A stretch of DNA of 63,723 nucleotides, the filler included, from an uncultured Methanosarcinales archaeon (lineage in GTDB: Archaea > Nanobdellota > Nanobdellia > Woesearchaeales > CAYXTQ01): assembly GCA_964608065.1 (NCBI GenBank). It is 3 parts of 3 records of this genome, joined end to end, with 100 filler letters (N's around TTAATTAATTAA, not from the genome) between each part and the next. Parts side by side here need not be neighbours in the genome. Positions count along the whole stretch, not along the records: positions 22,678 to 45,156 come from CAZSMA010000011.1; 2 more parts are not named here. One strand, given 5' to 3'. The notes beneath the pieces are model-generated. The model was not told the origin of the DNA. It saw nothing but the letters and a program-made list of their open reading frames with translations, and made no database searches. How positions within the stretch are numbered: the first letter of the stretch is position 1; the number at the start of each line of letters is the position of its first letter. This document shows, piece after piece, positions 29,127-40,128 of the stretch. The position numbers were made by a program, and so were the translations under genes.

Positions 29127-31373
29127 TTAATTTTTTATTTTTACTGGACGATAAATTACTCTGCTTAATATATCATTGCTGACTGTGATTCTTATGTCAT
29201 ATTCATCTGATTCTGCACATCTGCTGCAACCTTTTGGTAAGTCTGGAATGTTTTCTAATAATATTGTTTTTGTAATTTCTTTGTTTTTCTTTAAATCAAA
29301 TCTTCCTGTGTTTTTTTTCATTGCCAGTTCTGGGGCTACTGCTGTGATTTTAAGATCTTTTAAGTTTGTGTTTCCATCATTGTATAATGTAACAATCAAT
29401 AAAATATCGTCTCCAACTCTTAGCATGTCTTCATTGATTATGGTTATCCTTTTTACTGTTAGTTCTTCTGAGTTGCTTTCAGTAGGTTCTGGTATTGAAT
29501 TATATTCATCATTATCATTATAATTTTCACAACCTGTATCATCAGGATAATCTGTTAATCCATCATAGTCGTTGTCAATACCGTCTGCACATTGAGGTAA
29601 GATGCATTGTGAGAAATCAAACATACAATTAGTACATGATATGTCTCCTCCTGTGAAATAGATAACTGTGTTGTCTATATAATCATAAAAATTTGGACAA
29701 GTAAATCCATTTAAGTTATTTGATTCACAGTCTTCTCCATAATCAATTATTCCATTTCCGCAGTAAGGTGTATATTCATTTACACAACTGCAACTAATAC
29801 AGTAATCATTTGTGGTTTCATCATTATCATTACAATCAGAATCTTGTTCGCATTCTGCATTGCAATTTGTAGTATCGCATGCACTTGATGTTGTGCTTAA
29901 AACACATTGAGCATTATCGCAGGTATAATCTTCATAGATTATCTTTGGGTCGCTGCAATAAGCATTATTATTATCTTCACAATTAAATGAAGTTGTAGTT
30001 TCTATCTCACATTCATAATTAACACATTTTCCTTCGTCGTGTTTTATTAAATCTCCACTACAATAATCATTGTCTAAGGTGTTACAATCATTATCTGTTG
30101 TACATTCAGTGCATCTTGGATCGTTTTCATAAACTGTATATTGATTGCATGAGTTTGTTTCACAAGCGCATTCTGAACAATCATTAGTTCTATCATCATA
30201 ATCATGATAATCATTATCAACGCATTTGTCTAAGTTATCGCATTCAGTTATTGAACAATCAGGATCCTGTTCACATTCTGCTCCACAAGATGTGTCGCAA
30301 GTGTGTGTTATTGTATCACAGCTTGTTTCACATATTCCTGGTTCAACACATGCTGATGTAAATGAAGCTCTATAATCAAATGTTAATGGGTTGTTGTCTG
30401 GGTTGTTGTTACATGTTGATATTCCTGTTATATCATTTGAAGAACAGTCAATTGCTGTGCCTGAGACACATTGTGAATTTTCACAAGTTTCCTGGCCATT
30501 GCAATATAGTCCGTCATTACAATTCTGTAAGGTTACCTCTTCTGCAACACATTTGTTATTAATACATCTTCCTTCATAGCCTTTTACTAAATCATTTTTA
30601 CAAAAAGCTGTCTGGATTACCTGACAATCATCATCAGTAGTACATTCTGGCACTGACTCACAATATTTATTTAATGTAAAATATGAACTGTCATCAGTTG
30701 AGAATGTAACTGTTCCTTCATTGCATTTTACACTATAATATTTATTTTCGCAATCATAATATTCAACTTCTTTATAGCAGTTGTTTCCATTTATTGTTAA
30801 TGTTGCTGGATTAATCCAAGCATTGCCGTGCTGTGTTACTGTTCCTGTAAAAGTACATGTTTCTCCTTGAGGAACTGTTTGTGTATTAGAAGGTAAGTTA
30901 GGATCACATCTATAATCTCCTATATTGCAGTTATCTGTCTGACATTCTACAATTGGTGCTGGAGGCGGGTTATATACACACCAATACCAACCTTGGAAAT
31001 TTTCTTTACATTCAAAATCAGGAGCACATTTATGATCTTGAGGTCCTATAAATTGATTACCGCAAGGATATGCGTGACGTCCTAAGCATTCTGGATCTTC
31101 ATATTTACTTTCTATGCAAGCCATTACATTAGTATGATCTTCACCACCACATTGCTCATCTCCTAGCCAGCAATTTGTTTCTGCTTTTGCATAACATGTA
31201 CTATAAATACAGTCTAAAGATTGATTACAAGGATCAATAATAGTACCATTATCGTCTTCATGTCCGCAAGAATCTCCTATTTGACCATATAAAGCATTAG
31301 CACTCAATATGGTTATTATAAACATACTTACACAAGTTAGAATTAACAATGGTTTTTTAAAGTCAAAATTCAT
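29127..31373 (-). CDS. Very Cys-rich exported protein with C-terminal CARDB-like domain
   Basis: Repeats ECxxDxDC, CNDGLYCNGQETC, YCGNGIID.GEDC, QCADGIDNDYDGLTD. Confidence 0.82.
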   Translation of the reverse strand: MNFDFKKPLLILTCVSMFIITILSANALYGQIGDSCGHEDDNGTIIDPCNQSLDCIYSTCYAKAETNCWLGDEQCGGEDHTNVMACIESKYEDPECLGRHAYPCGNQFIGPQDHKCAPDFECKENFQGWYWCVYNPPPAPIVECQTDNCNIGDYRCDPNLPSNTQTVPQGETCTFTGTVTQHGNAWINPATLTINGNNCYKEVEYYDCENKYYSVKCNEGTVTFSTDDSSYFTLNKYCESVPECTTDDDCQVIQTAFCKNDLVKGYEGRCINNKCVAEEVTLQNCNDGLYCNGQETCENSQCVSGTAIDCSSNDITGISTCNNNPDNNPLTFDYRASFTSACVEPGICETSCDTITHTCDTSCGAECEQDPDCSITECDNLDKCVDNDYHDYDDRTNDCSECACETNSCNQYTVYENDPRCTECTTDNDCNTLDNDYCSGDLIKHDEGKCVNYECEIETTTSFNCEDNNNAYCSDPKIIYEDYTCDNAQCVLSTTSSACDTTNCNAECEQDSDCNDNDETTNDYCISCSCVNEYTPYCGNGIIDYGEDCESNNLNGFTCPNFYDYIDNTVIYFTGGDISCTNCMFDFSQCILPQCADGIDNDYDGLTDYPDDTGCENYNDNDEYNSIPEPTESNSEELTVKRITIINEDMLRVGDDILLIVTLYNDGNTNLKDLKITAVAPELAMKKNTGRFDLKKNKEITKTILLENIPDLPKGCSRCAESDEYDIRITVSNDILSRVIYRPVKIKN

Positions 31374-31547
31374 TTTTTACCCCCTACTTATTGATAAGTT
31401 ATTACAATAGATTTAGTAGGAAATATAGGTTAAGTATATAAAGGTTTCTTTTTTGTTGTTACTTTTGGATAATACTATAATATAACTATCTATTAATAGT
31501 TAAGTTTCAATCCAATAACTATATATAATATAGTAATTTTTGAAGAG

Positions 31548-32645
31548 ATGATGATTACTATAATTGGAGGGGGTCCAATTGGTTGCTATGCCGGTTATTT
31601 GCTAGCTAAAGTTGGGCTTGATGTAAACATATATGAAGAAGATAAAGTTATTGGCAAGCCGTTTCAGTGCACTGGAATTGTAACTAATTCTTTCAAGGAA
31701 GTTATTGGAGTTAAGAAAGAGTTTTTAGTTAATACTTTGGATAAAGTTAAAGTTTTTGCACCTAATAATAGTTTTGTTGAGTTGGATCTTAAGAAAAAGG
31801 AGTTTGTTATTGACAGAACAAAGTTTGATCAGTATTTGGCGAATAAAGCAATAGATGCTGGAGTTAATCTACATCTTAATCATAAGTTTATTGGTAAAAA
31901 AAGTAATGATTTAATTATTAAAGATTTGAAAAACAATAAAATAAAAATAAAAAAAATAAAAAAAATAATTGGAGCTGATGGTCCTTTAAGCCAGGTTGCA
32001 AAAATATTTTCCATGTATGGGGAAAGAAAATTTTATGTAGGAAATCAGGTGAGGGTTAAAGGTAATTTCGAGGAAAATTGCTATGAAACTTATTTTGGCA
32101 GAAATTTTCCAAATTTTTTTGGATGGGTTGTTCCTGAGTCAGACAAAATTGCAAGGATAGGGTTGGCTACAAGAAAAAATTCATTATATTTTTTTCAAAA
32201 GTTCTTGAGGATGAAAGGTGTAATAGAAAAGGATATAATAGAAAAACAAGGAGGGGTTATGCCTATATATAGTCCAAATGTTAAAGTTCAGAAAGATAAT
32301 GTTTTTTTAGTAGGAGATGCTGCAACCCATGTTAAGGCAACTACAGGTGGAGGATTAGTGCACGGATTGATGGCAGCTAAGTGTCTTGCTAAAAGTATAA
32401 CAGATAATAAATCATATGAAAGGCTTTGCTTTAATGTTAACAAGGATTTAAGGATGCATTTGATGATAAGGAATGTTCTTAACAGATTCAATGATAAAGA
32501 TTATGATTATTTAGTCAAGTTAGTTAGTGGTTCAGGAGTAAAGAATGTTTTAGGAAGTTATGACAGGGATTTTCCATTGCGATTATTGGTTAGATTACTG
32601 GTTAATGAACCAAGGTTTTTATTTTTTTCAACTAAATTATTATAA
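31548..32645 (+). CDS. Geranylgeranyl reductase family FAD oxidoreductase
   Basis: IIGGGPIG, QCTG, IGADG, FFGWVVP, VGDAA.HVKATTGGG. Confidence 0.9.
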   Translation: MMITIIGGGPIGCYAGYLLAKVGLDVNIYEEDKVIGKPFQCTGIVTNSFKEVIGVKKEFLVNTLDKVKVFAPNNSFVELDLKKKEFVIDRTKFDQYLANKAIDAGVNLHLNHKFIGKKSNDLIIKDLKNNKIKIKKIKKIIGADGPLSQVAKIFSMYGERKFYVGNQVRVKGNFEENCYETYFGRNFPNFFGWVVPESDKIARIGLATRKNSLYFFQKFLRMKGVIEKDIIEKQGGVMPIYSPNVKVQKDNVFLVGDAATHVKATTGGGLVHGLMAAKCLAKSITDNKSYERLCFNVNKDLRMHLMIRNVLNRFNDKDYDYLVKLVSGSGVKNVLGSYDRDFPLRLLVRLLVNEPRFLFFSTKLL

Positions 32646-32698
32646 ATCCGACATATTTATAAATTAATTACAATTCCTATCGGCTCTGGGGGAATAAA

Positions 32699-35600
32699 TT
32701 GGAAAAAAAGCTTAAAGAAGAGAATAAAGTTAAGGAAATTGAAGAAGAGGAGTTAGATATTGATACTGGGAAATCAAAGATTTCCGGTATCCACGAAAAT
32801 TCTGATGAAGAATTTTCTTTGGATTTTTCTAAGGTTAAGAATATTTTTAAGAAGAAGAAAGAAATGGTTAAAGAGGGAAAGAAAGAATTAGTTGAAGATG
32901 AGGAAAAAGATGATGAGGAATTTTCATTGGATTTTTCTAAAGTGAAAAATATCTTTAAGAAGAAAGATAAGCCTAAGGATGATATTAAGAAAGAAGAGAA
33001 AATTGAAGTTAAAGAAGAAACTAAATCTGAAGATGAAGAAGTAAGTTTTGATCTGTCTAAGGCAAAAGATAAGATAAAAGGTGTTTTCAAAGGATTGAAA
33101 GGAGGGAAAAAGGAAAAAGAAAGTGATGGTGAAGAAATATCTTTTGATACTAAAAAGATTGCTGGTTTTTTTAATAAGAATAAAAAATATTTAGTTCCTT
33201 TATTGATAATAATTATAGCGATGTCTTTTAGCATCCATTTTAGATTATATCCTTTAAATTTACCTGTTACAGATAATTGGGCAAGAAGCAATATTGTTAA
33301 TTTTAACAGAGAGGTTGTTACTGCTCAAGTTAATCAAGTATATCCTAATTTGCCAGATGCAAACAGAAAAAAGATTATAGATGATGAATTGAATAATTTA
33401 TTGGATTCTGGTAATGTATTTGCTCCTGGTCCTGAAGGACTGCAGCAAGTTAGCTATAAAGATGCATTAAAGGGATATTCTGAATCTTTTAAATCAAGGT
33501 TACAGGACGATTCTGGACAGACTTATCTGCTGGCAATTGATCCTTATTTTTGGATGAGGCATGCAGATAATGTTCTGAAGAACGGTCACCCAGGAGATGC
33601 TGTTAAGGACGGAAGGCAATGGGATACATTTATGCTTGCTCCTGGAGGAAGGCCTTTGCCTAAAGATGATATGCTTCATGCATATTTTGAAGCTTATCTT
33701 TACAAGTTTTTACATTTTTTTAATAGGAGTTTAGAGTTAAAAAACATAATATTTTATGTTCCTGTCTTGCTTTCTGCTCTGGCGATTATCCCTGCATTTT
33801 TTATTGGAAGAAGATTAGGAGGCAATTTTGGAGGGTTAGTAACAGGTATTCTTGTTGCAATACATCCTTCATTTTTAGGAAGAACAGCTGGAGGGTTTGC
33901 AGATACTGATGCTTATAATGTATTATTACCTTTATTGATAACCTGGCTTTTTTTGGAGTCATTTGAAGCAAAAGATAATCTGAAGAGATTTGGATTGGTA
34001 ATTTCAGCAGGATTTTTTTGCGGTGTTTATAGTTTTGCCTGGTTGGGTTGGTGGTATATTTTTGACGTTCTTATGGCTGCAATAGGAGTCTACATTTTAT
34101 ATTATATTGTAACCCATAGGTCTGAGCTGAAAGGAAATTTAATTAATTTTATTAAACAGCCAGCTATCAAAAACACTTTGATGCTTGCTATTTTATTTTT
34201 TATATCGTCTTTATTTTTTGTAACTGTGTTTACTAATTTCGGCAGGTTTAACATGGTTTTTTCAGGGCCTTCATCCATAGTAGCATTACATGAAGTTGGT
34301 ATCACAACCATATGGCCTAATGTGTTTACAACAGTTGCAGAGCAGAATGAAGTAAGCATAAAAGAAGCTATTGACCTGATTAGTATGGGGCAAAGATTCT
34401 TATTTTTTATTGCTGTTTTAGGTATCATATTAGCTTTGTTAAAAAAAGATAGACACGGCAAGGTAGATGTTAAATATGCTGCTATTCTTATTATATGGTT
34501 TGTAGGAGCATTATTTGGAAGTACAAGAGGTATAAGGTTTGTTTTATTATTAGTTCCTGCTTTTAGCATTGCAGTGGGGGTTGGTGTTGGAATTGTTTAT
34601 CAATATATTACGAAATGGATGACTAAAGAGATTGGTGTCAATAAGTATGTTTCAAAAATTGCTTTATTTATTGTTTTATCTTTATTGCTGATAAATCCTA
34701 TAAAATCAGCTGAGAGTACTGCAATGAATGAACTTCCAAGCATGGATGATGCATGGTATAATTCATTAAAGAGGATTGATAATGCTGCTGCTCCTGATGC
34801 AATAATTAATAGCTGGTGGGATTTTGGCCATTGGTTTAAGATGATTGGGAACAGGGCTGTTACATTTGATGGGACTAGCCAGAATAGTCCTCAAGCACAT
34901 TGGATTGGCAAGACATTGTTGACTGATGATGAAGATGAAGCTATTGGTATATTGAGGATGTTGGATTGCAGTGGTGCAGACCATAAAGTTCTAGCATTTA
35001 ATGAACTGGATAATATAATAAAAGACGGGGCTAAGACAGTTGATATATTATATGAAGTAGTTGTTTTAGGTAAAGTGGAAGCAAAATCAAAATTAAAAGA
35101 ACATGGAATTACTAATGAGGAAGCTGATATGATTCTGGATTTGACACATTGTGATCCTCCAGAAAATTATTTTATAACTTCAGAAGATATGATAGGAAAA
35201 AGCGGAGTGTGGGCTCATTTTGGAAGCTGGAATTTTGACAGAGCTTTAATCTATAATACATTGAAAAAGAAAGAGTATGGCAGTTTAGATAAAGCAGTTG
35301 AATTTTTACAAGAAAGGTTTGATTATACAAAAGAGAAAGCAGAAAATATTTATTATGAAGTTCAAAGTATTACAGACAGCAAAGAAGCAAATTCATGGAT
35401 TGCTCCCTGGCCAAGTTATTCTTCTGGTGTGGATTCATGCAGTAAACTATCAAATGACAGCATCAGTTGCAGTATAAGTAATGTACAGGTTAAAATAAAC
35501 CTTACAACAATGGAGGCTGAGGTTAATACACAACAAGGAGTTATGCATCCAAATTCATTGGTTTATCCTACTGAAGACAGTGTTCTTAGGAAGAGTTATG

Positions 35601-35974
35601 ATAATAATATAGGGGTTAGTATGGTGCTGATTCCACAAGAAAATGGTTATAAGAGGTTGTTGACAGCTCCTGAGTTGGATGGAAGTATGTTTACAAGATT
35701 ATTTTATATGGAAGGTCATGGCTTAAAACATTTTGAGAAATTCAGCGATGAAACTGGGATTTATGGAGAAAGGATTATTATATGGAAGGTTGATTGGGAT
35801 GGTAAACAAGATAATAAGTTAGATGTTTTTAAAGAGTCTGAACCTGTTGAAGAAGAGATTGTTTCTGATGAAGTACAAGTTGAAATTGAAGATGTTGAGG
35901 AAGATATTTCTGAAGAAGAACTTGAAAATATATTAGAGGAAGTTGTTTCTGAATCAACAGATGAAAATGTCTAA
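32699..35974 (+). CDS. aglB: Oligosaccharyltransferase AglB (STT3) with acidic repeat N-terminal extension
   Basis: DPYF, RTAGGFADTD, TVAE, SWWDFGH, DMIGK motifs; TTG start after GGGGGA. Confidence 0.95.
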   Translation: MEKKLKEENKVKEIEEEELDIDTGKSKISGIHENSDEEFSLDFSKVKNIFKKKKEMVKEGKKELVEDEEKDDEEFSLDFSKVKNIFKKKDKPKDDIKKEEKIEVKEETKSEDEEVSFDLSKAKDKIKGVFKGLKGGKKEKESDGEEISFDTKKIAGFFNKNKKYLVPLLIIIIAMSFSIHFRLYPLNLPVTDNWARSNIVNFNREVVTAQVNQVYPNLPDANRKKIIDDELNNLLDSGNVFAPGPEGLQQVSYKDALKGYSESFKSRLQDDSGQTYLLAIDPYFWMRHADNVLKNGHPGDAVKDGRQWDTFMLAPGGRPLPKDDMLHAYFEAYLYKFLHFFNRSLELKNIIFYVPVLLSALAIIPAFFIGRRLGGNFGGLVTGILVAIHPSFLGRTAGGFADTDAYNVLLPLLITWLFLESFEAKDNLKRFGLVISAGFFCGVYSFAWLGWWYIFDVLMAAIGVYILYYIVTHRSELKGNLINFIKQPAIKNTLMLAILFFISSLFFVTVFTNFGRFNMVFSGPSSIVALHEVGITTIWPNVFTTVAEQNEVSIKEAIDLISMGQRFLFFIAVLGIILALLKKDRHGKVDVKYAAILIIWFVGALFGSTRGIRFVLLLVPAFSIAVGVGVGIVYQYITKWMTKEIGVNKYVSKIALFIVLSLLLINPIKSAESTAMNELPSMDDAWYNSLKRIDNAAAPDAIINSWWDFGHWFKMIGNRAVTFDGTSQNSPQAHWIGKTLLTDDEDEAIGILRMLDCSGADHKVLAFNELDNIIKDGAKTVDILYEVVVLGKVEAKSKLKEHGITNEEADMILDLTHCDPPENYFITSEDMIGKSGVWAHFGSWNFDRALIYNTLKKKEYGSLDKAVEFLQERFDYTKEKAENIYYEVQSITDSKEANSWIAPWPSYSSGVDSCSKLSNDSISCSISNVQVKINLTTMEAEVNTQQGVMHPNSLVYPTEDSVLRKSYDNNIGVSMVLIPQENGYKRLLTAPELDGSMFTRLFYMEGHGLKHFEKFSDETGIYGERIIIWKVDWDGKQDNKLDVFKESEPVEEEIVSDEVQVEIEDVEEDISEEELENILEEVVSESTDENV

Positions 35975-36632
35975 AAAAATATATGTTGTGATAGCTGCTT
36001 ATAATGAGGAAAAACATATAGCAGAGGTCATAAGAAAGACTAAGAAATATTGTGATAATATTATTGTTGTTGATGATGGCAGCAAAGATAATACTTTTGA
36101 TGTTTCTAAGAAAGAAAAAAGCGTTGTTCTGAAACATATTGTTAATATGGGCAAAGGTGCTGCTCTTAAAACAGGTTGTGATTATGCTTTGGATGATGGA
36201 TGTGAGATTATTGTTGTTTTAGATGCTGATCTGCAGCATGATCCGGTTGAGATTCCTAATTTTTTGAAAGCTATTGAAGATGTTGATATTGTTTTTGGTT
36301 ATAGGAAATTAGATAAGAGAATGCCTTTTGTTTTAAGAGCTGGCAACTGGATGATAAATAAAATAACAAAATTATTATATGGGATTGATTTAAGAGATAC
36401 TCAATGCGGATACAGGACTTTTACTGCAGAAGCTTACAGGAAAGTCAGATGGAAGGCTTTGGATTATAGTCTGGAGTCAGAGATGATTGCGAATGCAGGA
36501 AGGCAGCATCTGAAGTATAAAGAAATTCCAATACAAACAATTTATTCAGATAAGTATAAAGGGACAACTGTTATTGACGGTATAAAGATTATAATTAATC
36601 TTTTAATATGGAGGTTAGGAAAATGGTTTTAG
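35967..36632 (+). CDS. GT2 glycosyltransferase (DPM1-like)
   Basis: AYNEE, VDDGSKD, NMGKGAA, DADLQH, DTQCGYR. Confidence 0.92.
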   Translation: MSKKIYVVIAAYNEEKHIAEVIRKTKKYCDNIIVVDDGSKDNTFDVSKKEKSVVLKHIVNMGKGAALKTGCDYALDDGCEIIVVLDADLQHDPVEIPNFLKAIEDVDIVFGYRKLDKRMPFVLRAGNWMINKITKLLYGIDLRDTQCGYRTFTAEAYRKVRWKALDYSLESEMIANAGRQHLKYKEIPIQTIYSDKYKGTTVIDGIKIIINLLIWRLGKWF

Positions 36633-36949
36633 GAATACAAATATTAGGATTGTTATTTGGGCTTTTTATGGTGTATATAACATTTCTTAGTGGGAAGAGA
36701 AGAGAGTTTACAACAAAAGAAGGCGGGTTTTGGATTATAGTGTGGGTATTGTTTATGTTAATTGCTTTTTTTCCAAATTCTCTGGATTTTTTAATTAAAG
36801 GTGTGTTGAAGTTACAGAGGCCATTGGATTTTTTCATAATAGCCGGGTTTATGTTTATGATTGGTTTTATATTTTATTCATATACCCTTATTAGGAAGAA
36901 TCAACGTAAGATGGAAGAGATAGTCAGGAAGATGGCTATGAAGAAGTAA
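36623..36949 (+). CDS. DUF2304 family membrane protein
   Basis: 3 TMs, C-terminal MEEIVRKMA; usual partner of a DPM1-like GT2; GGAGG SD. Confidence 0.8.
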   Translation: MVLGIQILGLLFGLFMVYITFLSGKRREFTTKEGGFWIIVWVLFMLIAFFPNSLDFLIKGVLKLQRPLDFFIIAGFMFMIGFIFYSYTLIRKNQRKMEEIVRKMAMKK

Positions 36950-36982
36950 AGTTTATATACACTATTAGTAATTGCTTATTGA

Positions 36983-37956
36983 ATGAAAAAATCTTTTATT
37001 AAATTTGTTGACAGAAGTGTTGGAACAATAATCTGTTTTGTTCTTTATTTATTTAGTTTGTTTAAGAGAAAGTCTAAGGAGATTAATGATATATTAGTTA
37101 TTATGTTCTGGGGGATTGGAAGCTGTGTTAATGCAATGCCTATTCTAAAGGCGTTGAAAAGAAAGCATCCTAAAGCTAAGATAACAGTTTTGGTTCCAAA
37201 GAAGAATGATGCTTTGTTTTTTGGAAATAAAAATGTTGATGATAAGTTGTTTTTGGATTTGGGTTTTGGAAAATTACTTAAGTTAATAACAAAATATAAT
37301 AATAAATTTGATTTAGTGATTGATACAGAGCATTGGCTTAATATCTCTGCTATAATAAGTTATTTTTTAGGTCGTAAAAGGGTTGGTTTTTCTAATAGAA
37401 TCAGAAGTATATTGTATAATGATAAAATAAAGTTTGATAATAAAAAACATTCTGTTCTTAATAATCTTAGATTAGTTAATGGAGATGATTTTGAGCTGGA
37501 AAAGATAGATGTTTCTGATGATAATAAGAAGTTTGTGAATGATTTTTTAAGTAATAATAAGATAAAAGGTTTTGTTGTTGGGCTTGGGATTGGGACTGGA
37601 ACTACAGTTCCTGAGAGAAGATGGGATGAAAGTAATTTTGCTAAACTGGCTGATAAGTTAGTTGAGAAGTATAATGCTAAGATTGTTTTGGTTGGAAGCA
37701 ACGGAGAAAGATCTTTGATGGAGAAAATAAAAAGCCTGATGAATAATGATGCTCATGTTAGTGGTTTTGATTTAGGAAAAACAATTTATTTGATTGAGAA
37801 ATGCAGTTTGTTTATTGGCAATGATTCTGGGCCAATGCATATAGCTGCGGCACAGGGAGTTAAGACAATTGGGTTGTTTGGGCCTGAGACCCCTGTTATA
37901 TTTGGTCCTTTTGGAAAAGGTAATCTGGGTTTGTTTAAGAATCTGGATTGCAGTCC
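36983..37956 (+). CDS. GT9 ADP-heptose heptosyltransferase-like protein (3' end in gap)
   Basis: GIGSCV, RRWDESNFAKLA, GNDSGPMHIAAA, GLFGPET. Confidence 0.9.
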
Positions 37957-38056
37957 NNNNNNNNNNNNNNNNNNNNNNNNNNNNNNNNNNNNNNNNNNNN
38001 NNNNNNNNNNNNNNNNNNNNNNNNNNNNNNNNNNNNNNNNNNNNNNNNNNNNNNNN
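37957..38056. other. Scaffold gap (100 N)
   Basis: N run. Confidence 0.98.
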
Positions 38057-39207
38057 ATTTCTGGTTTGCTTAAGAAAGCTATTCTGAAGTGTTTTGTTCC
38101 TGGTTTTTCTGTGAAGCCTGTGCCATGGACAAACAGGACTTTTTCTTCACGAAGTAAATTAACAGTAAATTCAACATCTGTTTTTACTTTTTCATTATCA
38201 ATCCTTGGGAAAGCATAGAATGCTCCTTTTGGCTTTACACAGCTTAATCCATCAATTTCATTCATTCTTTTGAAAGTTACATCTCTTCTTTCCTGCATTC
38301 TTTTGACAGTGTCTTTAAGATGTTCTTGCGGTCCTTCAAATGCAGCTTTAATTGCATATTGTTGTGGATGTATAGGACATAAACGGGCTCTAGATAGTTT
38401 TCCAATTGCTTCTTTGTAGTCTGCAATAAGTTCTTTTGGTCCTGAGAAAAAAAGCCACCCAATTCTCCAGCCAGGGCATAAGAAGTTTTTTGACAAGCTT
38501 CCAGAAGTTACAATTGGAACTTCATCTGTTAAAGATGCTAAAGCAATATGTTCTTCTCCATCAAATAATAATTGATCATAGGTTTCATCTGCAAATATTA
38601 ATAAGTTGTTTTCAGCTGCAATATCGATTAAACCTTTCAGTGTTTTTTTGTCATAGACTCCACCAGTTGGGTTGTTTGGGTTAATTATTATTAATCCACG
38701 AGTTTTGTCATTGATCTTTTTTCTGATGTCATCCAAATCTGGCTGCCATCCATCTTCTTCATTTAATAAATATGGGTTCTGGACACCTTCACAATAATTG
38801 ACTAAAGCTGTAAACATGGGATAGCCTGGACAAGGTGTTAGAATGTTTTCTCCTGGGTTGACAAGAGCAGTCATTCCTTGTGTTAAAGCTTCGCTTCCAC
38901 CATTGAAAACAATAACATCCTCTGTAGTTATATTTTTTATTTTTTTTCTTGCTGCTTCTTTTGCTAACACTTCTCTGGCTTCTTCTATTCCTAATGAATC
39001 ACTGTAAGATTGAGATTTCATGTTGTTAGCTGCTATTGCTTCAAACATGTGCGGCGGAGTTTCAAAATCATATTTATTCGGATCTCCAATATTGAGATAA
39101 AGGACTTTTTCTCCTGTTTCTTTTTCTATTTTTTTTGCTGTAATAACCAAATCTCTGATTGCATATGTTATTTTAGATGTTCTTCTTGCTGGTATTATTT
39201 TTTTCAT
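38057..39207 (-). CDS. Class I/II PLP aminotransferase (alanine aminotransferase-like), 3' end in gap
   Basis: LNIGDP, INPNNPTG, DETY, SLSKNFLCPGWRIGW; GGAGG SD before ATG 39207. Confidence 0.9.
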
Positions 39208-39259
39208 GTTGAAAAACCTCCGGTTTTTGACATCCCAGAAATCTTTGATTTCTGTGATA
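39208..39259 (-). repeat. Palindrome + SD-hairpin cassette, copy before the aminotransferase
   Basis: TATCACAGAAATCAAAGATTTCTGGGATGTCAAAAACCGGAGGTTTTTCAAC-ATG. Confidence 0.75.
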
Positions 39260-39267
39260 TTTATCAC

Positions 39268-40014
39268 CTAACTAAAATGTTTATATTCTCCATAAGTAAA
39301 ATAGCCTTGCAAAGCATTAGTCTGAGTTAGTCTTGGCAAGACTTCTATTTCCAGGCTTTTAGCAGTTTTAGTATAATTGAATATTTCAGGATTGAATATA
39401 TAGATGCCTGCATTGATTATGTAGCCTGTTTTTTGTTTTCCTTCTACAAAAATTACAGAATCCCCTTCTAAAGTTACTGACATGTATTTGGATGGTTCGC
39501 TTGATGTTATCAAACCCATTGTTGCTATCTTATTTGTGCCTGTATGCTTGTTCATCATTTTAATTAAATTGAAATTATTATAAGTGTCTCCGTTCATTAC
39601 AATAAAATCATTTTTTATGTAATCTTTTATCTGGTTTAGACAGGATGCTGTTCCTTTGGATTCTTTTTCAAATATTATTTTGACTTCTACTTTAGAGTTT
39701 GATATTTCTTTTTTTAACAAGTCAATTTTATCATTTTTTTCTGTAACTATGAATAATTCATTTATTTTGTTGTCATTAAGAAAGTCAAGCTGTTTTCGGA
39801 TAAGAGAAGTTCCATTAAATGGCTGAAGCAGACAATCAATGTCTTTTCTATGCACCATCATTACTGCTTGTTTTATAGTTTGTTCTCCTACACCTTTTCT
39901 AAGGAAAAATTCCATAGCTTGTGATCTTGACCTTATAACAGAGCCGTCTACTTTTGAATCTATTAGTTCTAGTAAAGGTTTATCAATAGAAATTGCAATT
40001 TTTGTTTTTTTCAT
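39268..40014 (-). CDS. Ribbon-helix-helix domain fused to a degenerate sugar-phosphate nucleotidyltransferase domain
   Basis: KTKIAISIDKPLLELID...RSRSQAMEFFL (RHH); GTA, MNGD, INAGIYIF, SLE.EVLP; lacks the GGxGTR loop. Confidence 0.85.
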   Translation of the reverse strand: MKKTKIAISIDKPLLELIDSKVDGSVIRSRSQAMEFFLRKGVGEQTIKQAVMMVHRKDIDCLLQPFNGTSLIRKQLDFLNDNKINELFIVTEKNDKIDLLKKEISNSKVEVKIIFEKESKGTASCLNQIKDYIKNDFIVMNGDTYNNFNLIKMMNKHTGTNKIATMGLITSSEPSKYMSVTLEGDSVIFVEGKQKTGYIINAGIYIFNPEIFNYTKTAKSLEIEVLPRLTQTNALQGYFTYGEYKHFS

Positions 40015-40019
40015 TAAGA

Positions 40020-40128
40020 AGTATGAATGAGTATGAATTTATAAAGATTTCTATTTTATATATTAGATTTGGGGATATATATACTTCAGTATAGAAATAT
40101 TTATATAGTAGTATGAACTATTCATACT
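40020..40128. promoter_or_regulatory. Divergent promoter with AGTATGAA operator repeats
   Basis: AGTATGAA at 40020 and 40030; inverted repeat AGTATGAA-CTA-TTCATACT at 40110-40128; TATA boxes at 40038-40045 and 40100-40107. Confidence 0.75.

Noticed and set aside
29200..29250. Possible in-frame insertion LPKGCSRCAES in the CARDB-like domain
   Set aside because: Only weak hairpin potential and no match to the palindrome core; cannot be judged without orthologues
32677..33291. 204-aa antisense ORF and the many similar S/F/L-rich antisense ORFs
   Set aside because: Shadows of Lys/Glu-rich sense genes
37786..38218. Apparent long overlap of the GT9 and aminotransferase ORFs
   Set aside because: The ORF caller read through the 100-N gap; both true stops lie in the gap
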